The notes below the pieces were generated by a model. It was not told the DNA's origin. It saw nothing but the letters and a program-made list of their open reading frames with translations, and made no database searches. Shown one piece after another: positions 54,801 to 62,129 of a DNA stretch of 64,000 nt. The stretch lies in assembly GCA_024679065.1 (NCBI GenBank), contig JAGIQG010000009.1, positions 99,944,001-100,008,000 of the forward strand. The letters are read 5' to 3'. Numbering within the stretch: position 1 is the stretch's first letter; every line of letters begins with the position of its first letter. The translations under genes were made by a program, and so were the position numbers. The DNA comes from Sphyrna mokarran (lineage: Eukaryota).

Positions 54801-57800
54801 TTCTTCCCTCTTGCCGTCAGGCTTTTGAGTGAACTTACCTTAAATTACGTTGATTTTCCTTTCATTGTAACAATACATGCTGCATCTTCACTTTCATTCA
54901 GCATATGTGATCTGCTACTTTGTAGTAATGCATGCAACAATAAGAAATCACTGTGTATAAATGTGGCAATAATATCCAATTAAAAAAAAACATATCACGG
55001 TGGTTCTACTCCATGTTACAACGAGAAGGCTGGATAATGTGTTTCCAAAGACCCAATAAGTTAACTTGACCCCTTGACAATAAAGGACTGAAATTGGATA
55101 AAACAAAAAAAAGAGGCTTATCATATTTTGGATCACCCAGATACGGTATATCAAGCACCTTTAGCGGGCTCCCATGCCGAATAAGTGTACGGCCTAGATT
55201 TATCCTGCTGTAAAATTTCGTATCTGTGGCAAAGACAGCGGATGCTACAGTTATGTAAGTTGGACACAAAATTATTAAAGGGACTGCTTCAGGGGATCCG
55301 GGAATGAAGGTACACCCCATGTTTTTTTTGCTGAGTGTGCTGGAGACGCAATTTATTAGTAAACAACTACATTTAATTTAAGTAGAAACAATGCAGAAAA
55401 GGTTTACTAGAATGCTTCCAGGAATAATTGCTTGAGTTACAAGGAGGGGTTTTATAGAGGGGACGTTTTTGCCTTGGAACGTAGGAGGCTGGGGATGACC
55501 TTATCAAAGTCTGTAAGATATTATGGCGCATGGGTAAAGTAGCTAAATAACATTTTTCCCAAAGTTGTGGAGCCTAAAGGTAGACGGCATAGTTTTAAGG
55601 TCATCGGCGAGAGAAACAAACAAAAAAAAAATCAGATGGGCATTTTCTTTCACTCAGAGTAAAGTTTGTTTCTTGACCGATCTTGAACGAAGGAGGAGTA
55701 GGTTTTTTTTTGTCTTTCAAAAAATATGTAGAAAGTTACATGTGTACAATTGTGAAGGAAGGATACGAGCCAAATGTGAGCTACTGGGACTAGCTTAGTG
55801 GCAACGAAAAAACTAGTCAGCATGGACAAGGTTACCCAATGGCCCTGTCTCCATGCTGTAAACCACTGTGACTCTATGACTGTAATTTACTCGTATTGCC
55901 CCGTGATCTTTTTTTCTTTTTGGTCGTATTAGTCATCATTCATAATAACTGATGACAAAGCTGACCCACATATTTTGTCATTGCTGATTTATTGGAAAAA
56001 GGGACGAAGCCAATTCGTCTTGGATTCAAACAATGTTATGATAGCGGCGTAGACCTGAGGGCACAAGCATCAACATGGATGGACGCAGTCATACGGGAAC
56101 ATAGCGCACATTTATTGATGCAAAATATGTATTCAGTGAAGGCAGTGATCGGAAAGGACTCGAACTACAGATGACGATTTCGATAAGAAGACATGATTAT
56201 CTATTGGGAGTATCAATACATTCGTGGCAGGTGCAGACACGATGGGAGGTGGACTGCGTTCCACCGTGAAAGAAAGAGAATGCACTCGCACAGGACGGAG
56301 CTTTGCAAAGTGTACGATGACCAGTAAAAATACCCGAAAATTGGCGACAGAGCATGAAGACTTGTAAGGCTCCCTCTGATGGAAAGAGAAAATGGGCATC
56401 GATTCAGAGCAAGTGACCATTCAATGAAGCTCTGAATAGCTGGACTCTGTAGTGGGTGTGTTTTCAATCAGGCTTAAATTTCCATTAGGCAGATGAAAAA
56501 CTTACGACAGCAGCCACCTTGCACACTGTAGGGCCCAAGACTTTCAGTACATTAAGAAGTCTCCTGCAACCTGAAAGGCTCATCAGAATCCCTTCATGCA
56601 GCTGTGCGAGGTACAACGTAACTACTATGCTCCAAAGCCAATTATGAGAGAATATTCCTGATTTTATAAAAAAAGGACAATCAACCACAAAATTTGCGGA
56701 TCTGTTAAAAAGCATGACCAGAACACTGTGAATTTCGCGTATTCATTCAATAATCTCTGCCGGAGGGTTTAGTTGGGGGGTCCATAGCAAAGTGGATCTA
56801 ATGGAAACGGCTTACAAAAAAAAACCCTTAGACTTTAATATGTCTTCGGAAACTAACACTATTGTGCAGTTGACCCCAAATTAAGCAACACAGTTTGGTG
56901 TTGGTTCCCAAAATACAAAAAAAAAGAACATTATATAGGAACAAACACTTCGGCCCTCCAAGCCTGCACCGACCAATGCTTCCCTACTGAATTAAAACCT
57001 CTCACCCTTCCCGTGACCAGATCCGTCTGTTCCCACACTATTCATGTGGTTGTCCAGACGTCCCTTGAAAGTCACGTATGCCCATGTACACACAAAATAT
57101 CGGAAGCGCAACATAACGTGTTGTCAACTGCAGAATGCCGCTGCTGTGGTAGGTCTGGCCATACAAATGTTCACGTGCTGCACTCAGGATGTTCAATGTT
57201 GCAGACGAAAGCCGTGAGAAATATTTCATGAACATTTAGGGCACCAAGGAGAGTCGGAGAAAGAGACAAACCCGAAGATTTTTTGAAAGATATATACCTC
57301 CAAGCCAAAAGGGGATAGACAATCTGTAGAAACTGTTACCGTCCTACAGCTAATGAATTCTGGCTTACTATGGTAATGTTTCAAGGAGAAGCTAAAGGAT
57401 TCTGGATCCTTTTCCAGTCAGAAGGGAAGATAACTATAATGAAAGTGTTCACGGGAAACAATATCTCTGGTGGTGACTTCACTATTACAGCATATAAATG
57501 AAGACAAAACGTTGTCTGATTTCAAAACAATAAAATAGTTATACCTCCGGTGGCTAAATGGAGCAAGGAATATTGGGAAAAAAGGGGTGAAAGGGTGAAG
57601 GGAGGATTCGGATAGTGCATTTGTTGTTCAGCCATAATGTGAATTAATGGCGGAGCAAGCTCAAATGACTGAATGGTTTACTCCTAATTCTTGTTTCGAT
57701 GCCTTCATAAATTAGAGACGAGATTTATGAGATTTTCTAAATTCCACAACCATGTTGTCAAATATTTTCGATGCAAGATAGAAAAGAACTTATGTTCCTT

Positions 57801-60800
57801 TTCTTGATGGCCTTTTTTAAAGAAGTGCAATATGTTATTCTTCCATTGCTAAAAGCTTTCCTTATAATGGAATGTTGTTTCTGGCTTTGTGAGTATGAAC
57901 AACTCTCTGATGAGGTCATGTCAGTCTCTACAACAAATTACTTGGTGGTGCCAGACTAATAAGTTTTAAATTGTAGTTTTTTTTTAAAACGACACCTGGT
58001 TTTGCGGTAGATGCATTAGCTACACCTAGAGCCTATAGTTCAAGGCAAATATGTTTTAGCACAATGCTGAACAGGGAGATGCGTAGTTGTGTGTTCCAAC
58101 TGCAATGACTGTTTACTGATTGTAGGCTTCCCATGCTGAATGTCACATGGAATAAATGGGAAGGAGGGGGTGGTTCAATTTGGGTGAGGAGGCGTTAATG
58201 CCCTTGGCTTTTGCTGCTTTTTAACTGGCCAATACATGGGGCTGCTGAGTCCTGAAATATCTATCTATCTATCTCACCTGGAGCCGTACCGACTGATTTC
58301 TGAACTAGCAAGAAGGAAACACAACTTGACCACAGCTTTCACAACTTACTATTGGATGGGCCTCTGGTAATGACAACCTGCGTTTTAATGGACGCTGCAT
58401 GTTATTTGTATAGATAGTCTGGAACTTTAAGATATAGAATAACATTTATTCCAGTGTGTGACGCTGCTATCAATAGAACTGGGAAATCCACTACCAGTCT
58501 AAATAACTAAAAGTTTACTTAACACACAATAGAAAACTTCATGATTCTACATATGAAACGACGTGGTGGAATATTTCTGCTTAGCTTACGAATGTACAAG
58601 GTCACACTGCCTAGTAAACTAAGTCTTCCTAATAAGGATATGGCAATTACAATTTAGAAGGCAATTCATTCTAAACAATAATCAGAGTATGGCTGTACAG
58701 TGATCTCATATTGTCTCATGCATGGCATTGGAGAATTGCAAAACATTCATAAGGTTACAAAAATGACGATGGAAAATTGTTATACCATTCTCAGGAGTGG
58801 GGGTGGGTTGCCGTCTGAGGAAACATGGAAGCGGTCAGATTTGTATCCAAGCGTTTGGAAGAGTGATGGCGGAATTTGTTGACATCTTTAAGATTTTGAG
58901 AGGCATTGACAGTTTGGATGTCGAGAGGATGTTACCACATGTAAAATCTGGACAGATTGTTCAAATGTAAGAGCTCGTACGTTTAAAGCAATGATCAATA
59001 TTTTTTCTATCAAACAGTTGTGAATCTTCGGACTCTGAACAACAAAAGAACATGGAAGCAGGGAAAATGTTTTTTTTGAGTCTGGGTAGATGGAATATTA
59101 TTTAACAAGGTGGTGAAATGTATCGAGTATAGGCAGCAATTAAAGTTCGCAACTGCAATCAGCTCGGCCATGTACATATTGCATAGCAGAGAATGTTCGA
59201 TGGGAGTAGCTTTGTCCGGCTCCTAATTCGCTTATGTGCGTAAATAGTATCATTTTCAGAACAATAGGAACCCAGCACGTCCGTTGAAAAGGCAAGACTG
59301 AAAGATGACCAATTATGTTCCAATGGCAATGCTGTGCGGATATTGAATCTCCTTCTCCTTTTAAGGTTTCCAAAACAAAGAGAGTTTCCGAGATCCAATG
59401 ACTTCTCTCGAAATGCTGATCAGAATTTCGATGTGTTCTGATTATTAAACTGTGTTCTCTTTCCGTTTATGTCTCCTGTGATATATAAATCATTGTGTCT
59501 ATAAACAGCAAGAGCTGGCCAAAGTTCAGAAATGGACTGTCAATTGACGATATGCCAAATAACAGCAGTCTGGAACAGCTGAGATTCCAGAAGTTGTCAT
59601 TGTCCGGTATTAATTCTGCTTCATCTCAATTAGATTAAATATCTGTGAGTTTTCTACTGGGAGAGATTCACAGCATTATTTCCAACTTGATATAACCAAT
59701 GTTTTTGTTTTCATTGTCTTTTACCTTGCACAACCTTTAGAAGTTTTCGGATTTCTGCAAGAAAGAAGACCAAATTAACAGTTGCTTATTTTCAATTAAA
59801 ACATTATTTTAAGATTCGAATCGCACAGTTAGTTGTCTTGAATTATTGATTTATTATACGTATTTGTGTCTGAATGTCTAAACAGATCTGAGGCAGGGTG
59901 TAATTGTAATGGATTGGCATTACTATTTTACTTCCATATTTATGATGTTTGGTCAAATTCGAAATTGGTGAGGATTGAAATGAAATCTGCAAACAGGAAC
60001 ATACGAAGCACTTTAGGGGGAACAACATTTTCTTTATTCAGGTTAAAAGTTTTGGATATTTGGAAACTGAAACAACGACGTATGTATTAAAACACTTAAA
60101 ACTCAGACCCGATCAATTAGCTCTGCAGCTTTCTACTGACGCATGTTTTATCTATTTTGCCTCCTTTTTTTTTGATTGCTTTGACATAATCTGTATTAAC
60201 CTTTTCGATTTCAATGCATTCTGCTTGTTGCACAAGAGAGTAATAATAAAACTCTTGCCACATAAACCAACTATCTTTACAAGTTATGCACGATCGTTTA
60301 AAATTAAACCGTCTGATAAATGACTTAAAGTATGGTTCAACCGCCAGGCTCCAATCGCCATTCTTTCAATTACCATTTCCCAGGAAAAACACGAGATATT
60401 ATATCCGGGCTGAGAAAGTGGAATTGAGCTGAAGCGTCATGTAAAATATATTGCATTATAAAGTAGGCTATCAAGTCTATGTTTTGTCTTCTGCTGCCAT
60501 GCATTGTAATAATCCGTAAGTTAGTGCAAGCAAATAAGTAAGTTTATATAATTGACATTTGTACCACTTTTCCTGATATAAATCTAATTTCTGAATTTTC
60601 CAGAAGATCTGAAGTAATTTTAGGCAACGTCTGTGATAGCTGTCTTCCTTGTTGCAAAGCATTTTGATATGAATTACAATATTTATCAGGCCAGAATTTA
60701 ATAAGTCAAGAATGATATTCACTTCAATCATAAATTTTCAAATGTGACAATGTACAATTAAAATTCTGAAACTACTACAATTCATATTGAAATAAGGAAT

Positions 60801-61940
60801 ACATTTTTGGAGTGTTGAATGGGATAATTGTAGATTGGTGGTTGTAAAATTGTCAAATTCCAGGGAAAAGAGCATTGCCAGACTCCTTTGGAAGTGTGCT
60901 GCGTCTTTTTTCTGTGTTTAAAATGTTAAATCAAATGCAAGTAGAAATAGAAATAAAACATTTATATCGAAGGCAAAACAGCAGGTTTAACAAATCAACA
61001 GACATTCGTACATTTAAATTATTTTAAATTCAGCCTGTCAATTTAATTAGGAACTTAGATCCCATTAAACTATTCAGTTTAAATCCGATGGTGTTGGCAA
61101 GCTAGGGGTAATGTTATTGTGTGGAATATTGATAAGTCATCACTGGCGGTGCAAATGAGGAGCAGAAAAAAAACTGCCACCTGCCGCACTTCGTAACTTT
61201 TAGGTCAAAGCATCATTTTGATAAGAATGAAAAACAAATGAAAGAACAACATAAAGTATCCAGAATATACCAGAAGACATAAAATCTCGTTGTAGAGAGA
61301 GACTAAAATTCTATGTTTTTTGATAATAGGTGAGAATTGTACCATCTGAAGAACCATCCATTAGAATTGTGCTTTATTCGGTTGGCTAATAATTTAGCTC
61401 ACTTTTTCAGCGTACTTAGATAAATACTTTTTTATTTGTTGACATTATAGAAAGCATCAGAGAGTAATTTTAAGTTAACCACTAAAATTAAAGAACACAT
61501 TCACATTTAGATTATGAGGTGAGGTATTCCTCTTTGAGTGGTTAGGTGTTACTTCTCAGAGGGGGATCCAACTCCATTTCATAACAATGCCTAACTTTGG
61601 CAAAACATGAAATCTGCTAAATTTTCAAAATGTGTCTTCTGTTTTGAAATGTCATTAGACAAAATGCAAACATTTCTGAACAGAACTGTAATGGAATATA
61701 TTCGTGGCAGGAATATTGCAATCTGATTTAATCCCTTGTTTCTGCGGGATTTTTCCACAGAAATCTGTCAGAAAAAAAAAAATCAATACTTGGTATTTTG
61801 GAATATGAGTAATATTCCAATTCAATTTTCATTGTTGTACAATGATGGCGTTCTTAACTTGGATGGATAAATGAAGCACATTAGAAAATTTTGGTATAAA
61901 TTCTTTATTTTACCTTCATCTTTTCTCTCAGCTTCTTCTA
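6798..61940 (-). CDS. Partial multi-microexon gene: coiled-coil-like region, probably the cytoplasmic tail of a butyrophilin/BG-like Ig-superfamily protein; 5' end outside the window to the right
   Basis: 19 phase-1 microexons (567 nt) with AG/GT sites join without stops: [189 protein letters not shown]. Family is inferred from neighbouring IgV/IgC/TM relics. Confidence 0.7.
6957..6983 (-). CDS. 27-nt phase-1 microexon (ERNLQLKQR)
   Basis: ttattataacag|AACGGAATCTGCAGCTGAAACAAAGAG|gtgaga. Confidence 0.78.
8395..8590 (+). mobile_element. HE1/V-SINE-like tRNA-derived SINE (5' part)
   Basis: ggcacacttgttagcactgctgctttacag...tgggtcactgtctctgt...ctcgtgtctttgtggctttcttccggt...cattagccatgctaaatt. 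Confidence 0.7.
8900..9040 (-). mobile_element. HE1/V-SINE-like SINE fragment
   Basis: ctgtgggagtaaaccagagcacccggaggaaactcacgcagacacggg...ggaatcgaacccgggtccctg. Confidence 0.85.
9551..10213 (-). mobile_element. Young 5'-truncated CR1/HER1-type LINE
   Basis: [50 protein letters not shown]; (TTCTATG)n tail; same subfamily as the 25.1-26.9 kb copy. Confidence 0.95.
11200..11730 (+). mobile_element. Old CR1 3' fragment
   Basis: gttcagaagaaggtatcacagattcatacctggaatg, ttctcacagagcagttaggtctttgtaactcact. Confidence 0.6.
11996..12022 (-). CDS. 27-nt phase-1 microexon (EKHERKKHD)
   Basis: tatgatttacag|AGAAGCACGAACGTAAGAAACACGACG|gtgtgt; an internal gtaaga would give an in-frame 12-nt form. Confidence 0.65.
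12158..12184 (-). CDS. 27-nt phase-1 microexon (EHLRKLKED); 30 nt if the upstream AG of a CAGCAG acceptor is used
   Basis: ggctttcagcag|AGCATCTTCGAAAGCTCAAAGAAGATG|gtaagc. Confidence 0.75.
13093..13288 (-). pseudogene. Possible decayed TM/juxtamembrane exon of copy A
   Basis: ccccatag|DSRKLTSW(frameshift)[26 protein letters not shown]...; lies between the IgC relic and the microexons; weak. Confidence 0.3.
13547..13780 (-). pseudogene. Decayed IgC-like exon, phase 1-1, 234 nt
   Basis: cccatag acceptor and gtgagt donor; (A)[34 protein letters not shown]...[20 protein letters not shown]; C-x(11)-W spacing, later Cys, start resembles BTN IgC (A-x-G); one in-frame TGA. Confidence 0.55.
13981..14602 (-). 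pseudogene. Decayed IgV-like exon, copy A, split by a repeat insertion
   Basis: Acceptor ccttcatag; [13 protein letters not shown](R, CGT from TGT?)S; then after the insertion [11 protein letters not shown]...SFLQIHFI, which aligns with [12 protein letters not shown] of the 60.5-kb copy; stops and frameshifts. Confidence 0.5.
14161..14385. repeat. Short interspersed imperfectly palindromic repeat inserted into IgV relic A
   Basis: atactgcggatgctggaacctgaa...aaacagaa head and agacctgctaagattt tail; a related half-copy lies at 19.6-19.7 kb. Confidence 0.6.
15066..15101 (-). CDS. 36-nt phase-1 microexon ([12 protein letters not shown])
   Basis: ttattattttcag|ACCTTTCAAATTTGTCTAAAGAACTCAAAAATACTG|gtgagg. 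Confidence 0.83.
16645..16671 (-). CDS. 27-nt phase-1 microexon (EKTTLENKT)
   Basis: cttttatatgtag|AAAAAACGACACTTGAAAACAAGACTG|gtaaaa. Confidence 0.72.
17120..17910 (+). mobile_element. CR1 3' fragment
   Basis: [45 protein letters not shown]; ttctat tail. Confidence 0.9.
18390..18770 (+). mobile_element. Old CR1 3' fragment
   Basis: Degenerate CR1 3' end (actagaactaatg...ctttggaactc). Confidence 0.5.
19029..19055 (-). CDS. 27-nt phase-1 microexon (ELEEHKRID)
   Basis: tatatacatag|AGCTTGAAGAGCACAAGAGAATCGATG|gtcagt. Confidence 0.78.
19202..19228 (-). CDS. 27-nt phase-1 microexon (EQRLQQKDR)
   Basis: tattcataacag|AACAGCGGCTTCAGCAGAAAGACAGGG|gtcagc. Confidence 0.78.
21006..21041 (-). CDS. 36-nt phase-1 microexon ([12 protein letters not shown])
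   Basis: cttctatttcag|ACCTGCTAAACCTATCTAAAGAACTTAGAGAAACTG|gtgagg; paralog of the 15066 exon. Confidence 0.83.
21805..22210 (-). mobile_element. Two adjacent HE1/V-SINE-like SINEs
   Basis: Two consecutive copies of tttagcatggcc...gaaact...ggaattgaa/ggaatggaacccggg...gtgcta(a)cc...c(a)cc/ctgtg. Confidence 0.8.
22427..22453 (-). CDS. 27-nt phase-1 microexon (EKRLQVQTP)
   Basis: caattgttttag|AAAAACGACTACAAGTACAAACACCAG|gtctgt. Confidence 0.72.
22540..23105 (-). mobile_element. CR1 3' fragment
   Basis: taagaccgtaagacataagagcaga tail, agattcaccactctctgg, ccaaaactactcacaatact. Confidence 0.9.
23533..23568 (-). CDS. 36-nt phase-1 microexon ([12 protein letters not shown])
   Basis: ctttttctttccag|AAATAGAAAAACTGACCGAGAATTTGGAACTGTGCG|gtaagg; very strong splice sites. 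Confidence 0.82.
25139..26896 (+). mobile_element. Young 5'-truncated CR1/HER1-type LINE (RT domain to 3' tail), frameshifted
   Basis: [57 protein letters not shown]; ttctatgttctatgttctatg tail. Confidence 0.97.
27891..28019. mobile_element. Short GC-rich MITE-like element
   Basis: Terminal inverted repeats tgggcagaattttactg ... cagtaaaattccggccca. Confidence 0.6.
28289..28315 (-). CDS. Candidate 27-nt phase-1 microexon (ANKLKESTL), inclusion uncertain
   Basis: ttctgttttgaag|CAAACAAATTAAAAGAAAGTACTTTAG|gtaaac. Confidence 0.5.
29757..29786 (-). CDS. Candidate 30-nt phase-1 microexon ([10 protein letters not shown]), inclusion uncertain
   Basis: cactttttttag|AAGATGCAGTTATGAAAATTACACTGATTG|gtgtgg; open, but less coil-like and with a weaker donor. 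Confidence 0.4.
30380..32040 (+). mobile_element. Old CR1 ORF2 fragment
   Basis: Degenerate [37 protein letters not shown] motifs and 3' end. Confidence 0.85.
32722..32751 (-). CDS. 30-nt phase-1 microexon ([10 protein letters not shown])
   Basis: ttttatatttcag|AAATTCAAAAACTTAGAAAGGGTTCGCAAG|gtaaac. Confidence 0.8.
32990..33215 (-). pseudogene. Truncated, decayed IgV-like exon, copy B (C-terminal half only)
   Basis: [34 protein letters not shown](frameshift)[13 protein letters not shown] carries the D-x-G-x-x-x-C F-strand motif; homologous to 41.55-41.75 kb. Confidence 0.6.
34290..34470 (-). mobile_element. SacSINE/DeuSINE-like fragment (paralogous copy at 43820-43990)
   Basis: gccagcattctttgccatccct...cacatataggcctgacc...gcaggtttccgtccctaa. 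Confidence 0.45.
34503..34529 (-). CDS. 27-nt phase-1 microexon (EEERDIKDA)
   Basis: gtttcatgtag|AAGAGGAAAGGGATATAAAAGATGCAG|gtaaag. Confidence 0.8.
35760..36200 (+). mobile_element. Decayed SacSINE/DeuSINE-like element (paralogous copy near 45.8-46.2 kb)
   Basis: ggtgaaatgaaaattcagataataaatctggaaataaa...gatttgccactcttg...ctttctgaaatattctagcaaatctcttagttcaaggacaattatg. Confidence 0.5.
36570..37175 (-). mobile_element. CR1 3' fragment
   Basis: tagaacatagaac tail; [19 protein letters not shown]. Confidence 0.92.
38401..38436 (-). CDS. 36-nt phase-1 microexon ([12 protein letters not shown])
   Basis: ttttatgtttag|AACTCGAAGAATTGAAAAATGCACTGAAAAAGACAG|gtggga. Confidence 0.82.
38680..39006 (-). 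mobile_element. HE1-like SINE
   Basis: cattcggcccattgaat...ctgtggaaggaaactgaagcacctggaggaaccacacgca...gctgtgaggaagcgatgctaaccactctgcc. Confidence 0.85.
39499..39738. other. Assembly gap (240 N)
   Basis: Run of N. Confidence 1.
40200..40710 (+). mobile_element. Old CR1 3' fragment
   Basis: gagtccagaatccggggtgacagttt, cagaaagcaataaacttttggaattctt. Confidence 0.6.
41293..41322 (-). CDS. 30-nt phase-1 microexon ([10 protein letters not shown])
   Basis: poly-T tract+cag|AAGTTCAAAAACTTAAAAAGGAATGGCAAG|gtaaac. Confidence 0.82.
41555..41889 (-). pseudogene. Decayed IgV-like exon, copy C
   Basis: [11 protein letters not shown](fs)[92 protein letters not shown]; B-strand V-x-I-x-C-S-F, F-strand D-x-G-x-x-x-C, about 77 residues between the cysteines, 7 stops. 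Confidence 0.68.
41930..43010 (+). mobile_element. CR1 RT-3' fragment inserted just upstream of IgV relic C
   Basis: [36 protein letters not shown]; ttctatgatctatgttctatg tail; absent from unit 1. Confidence 0.93.
44019..44045 (-). CDS. 27-nt phase-1 microexon (DEEGDRRNA)
   Basis: gttccttgcag|ATGAAGAAGGGGACAGAAGGAATGCTG|gtaata. Confidence 0.78.
44600..48790. repeat. G-poor, C/A-rich degenerate low-complexity tract (paralog of 35-37.9 kb)
   Basis: Composition, plus shared words such as caacacttccagatg and cacctagtcacatatc (36500/46555). Confidence 0.7.
48796..50383 (+). mobile_element. Young 5'-truncated CR1-type LINE with a near-intact RT ORF
   Basis: 436-aa ORF with [55 protein letters not shown]; one frameshift near 50080. 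Confidence 0.97.
50560..50849 (+). mobile_element. V-SINE-core-like segment plus CR1-type 3' tail
   Basis: gtctgcgggagtttgcgcgttctccccgtggttgcgtgggttttctccgggcactccggtttcctcccacaaccc...gggccgaagggcctgtttcccgtgctgtgttgctctaaaaaaaa. Confidence 0.8.
51391..51426 (-). CDS. 36-nt phase-1 microexon ([12 protein letters not shown])
   Basis: gatatttag|AGCTGGAAGAATTGAAATATGCACTAAAAAAGTCAG|gtggga; paralog of the 38401 exon. Confidence 0.8.
52090..53470 (-). mobile_element. Old CR1 RT-3' fragment
   Basis: [24 protein letters not shown]; ctttgtcaaatgcctttttggaaatc (reverse complement of DFxKAFDK). Confidence 0.85.
54280..54985 (+). mobile_element. Rex1/Babar-type LINE 3' fragment
   Basis: [17 protein letters not shown] (LNxxKTKExxxDFR motif), tggtatggctcctgctctgcccaagac, cactgtgtataa...gtggcaataa tail. 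Confidence 0.75.
55385..55880 (+). mobile_element. Old CR1 3' fragment
   Basis: atgcagaaaaggtttactagaatgcttccagg; ctgtgactctatgact tail. Confidence 0.75.
56470..56860 (+). mobile_element. Decayed Gypsy-type LTR retrotransposon gag relic
   Basis: [21 protein letters not shown] resembles the Gypsy gag L-x-x-x-G-x-x-T-Y/F-x-x-x-x-x-L-x-x-P-E motif; followed by a GQSTTKFA segment. Confidence 0.5.
56925..57065 (-). mobile_element. CR1 3' tail fragment
   Basis: aagaacattatataggaacaaacacttcggccctccaagcctgcaccgacc. Confidence 0.7.
58690..59240 (+). mobile_element. Old CR1 3' fragment
   Basis: gattttgagaggcattgacagtttggatgtcgagaggatgtt, cagttgtgaatcttcggactct. Confidence 0.7.
59725..59754 (-). CDS. 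30-nt phase-1 microexon ([10 protein letters not shown])
   Basis: ttctttcttgcag|AAATCCGAAAACTTCTAAAGGTTGTGCAAG|gtaaaa; paralog of the 41293 and 32722 exons. Confidence 0.8.
60109..60312 (-). pseudogene. Decayed TM + charged juxtamembrane exon of copy D, phase 1-1, 204 nt
   Basis: catttatcag|[65 protein letters not shown]|gtctga; length is a multiple of 3, three stops. Confidence 0.5.
60490..60830 (-). pseudogene. Decayed IgV-like exon, copy D
   Basis: [52 protein letters not shown](fs)[19 protein letters not shown]; Y-x-C motif, cysteines ~200 nt apart; same position in the duplicated unit as copies B and C. Confidence 0.62.
61914..61940 (-). CDS. 27-nt phase-1 microexon (xEEAERKDE)
   Basis: gttccttacag|TAGAAGAAGCTGAGAGAAAAGATGAAG|gtaaaa; paralog of the 44019 and 34503 exons. 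Confidence 0.8.
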
Positions 61941-62129
61941 CTGTAAGGAACATATGTTGAGCATATGCAACCAAAGTGTAAATCCTGACTTCAAAATATT
62001 TATCAAAACGTGATCCATATTGAGTATAGTCATTCAGTTAACGTGTAAGAAACACAGATATCTGGGGTAAAAATCAATAAGCTGAGTTGTAATTCTTTAC
62101 GCATCGTTTTTCGTAAATTAAGTATAATT

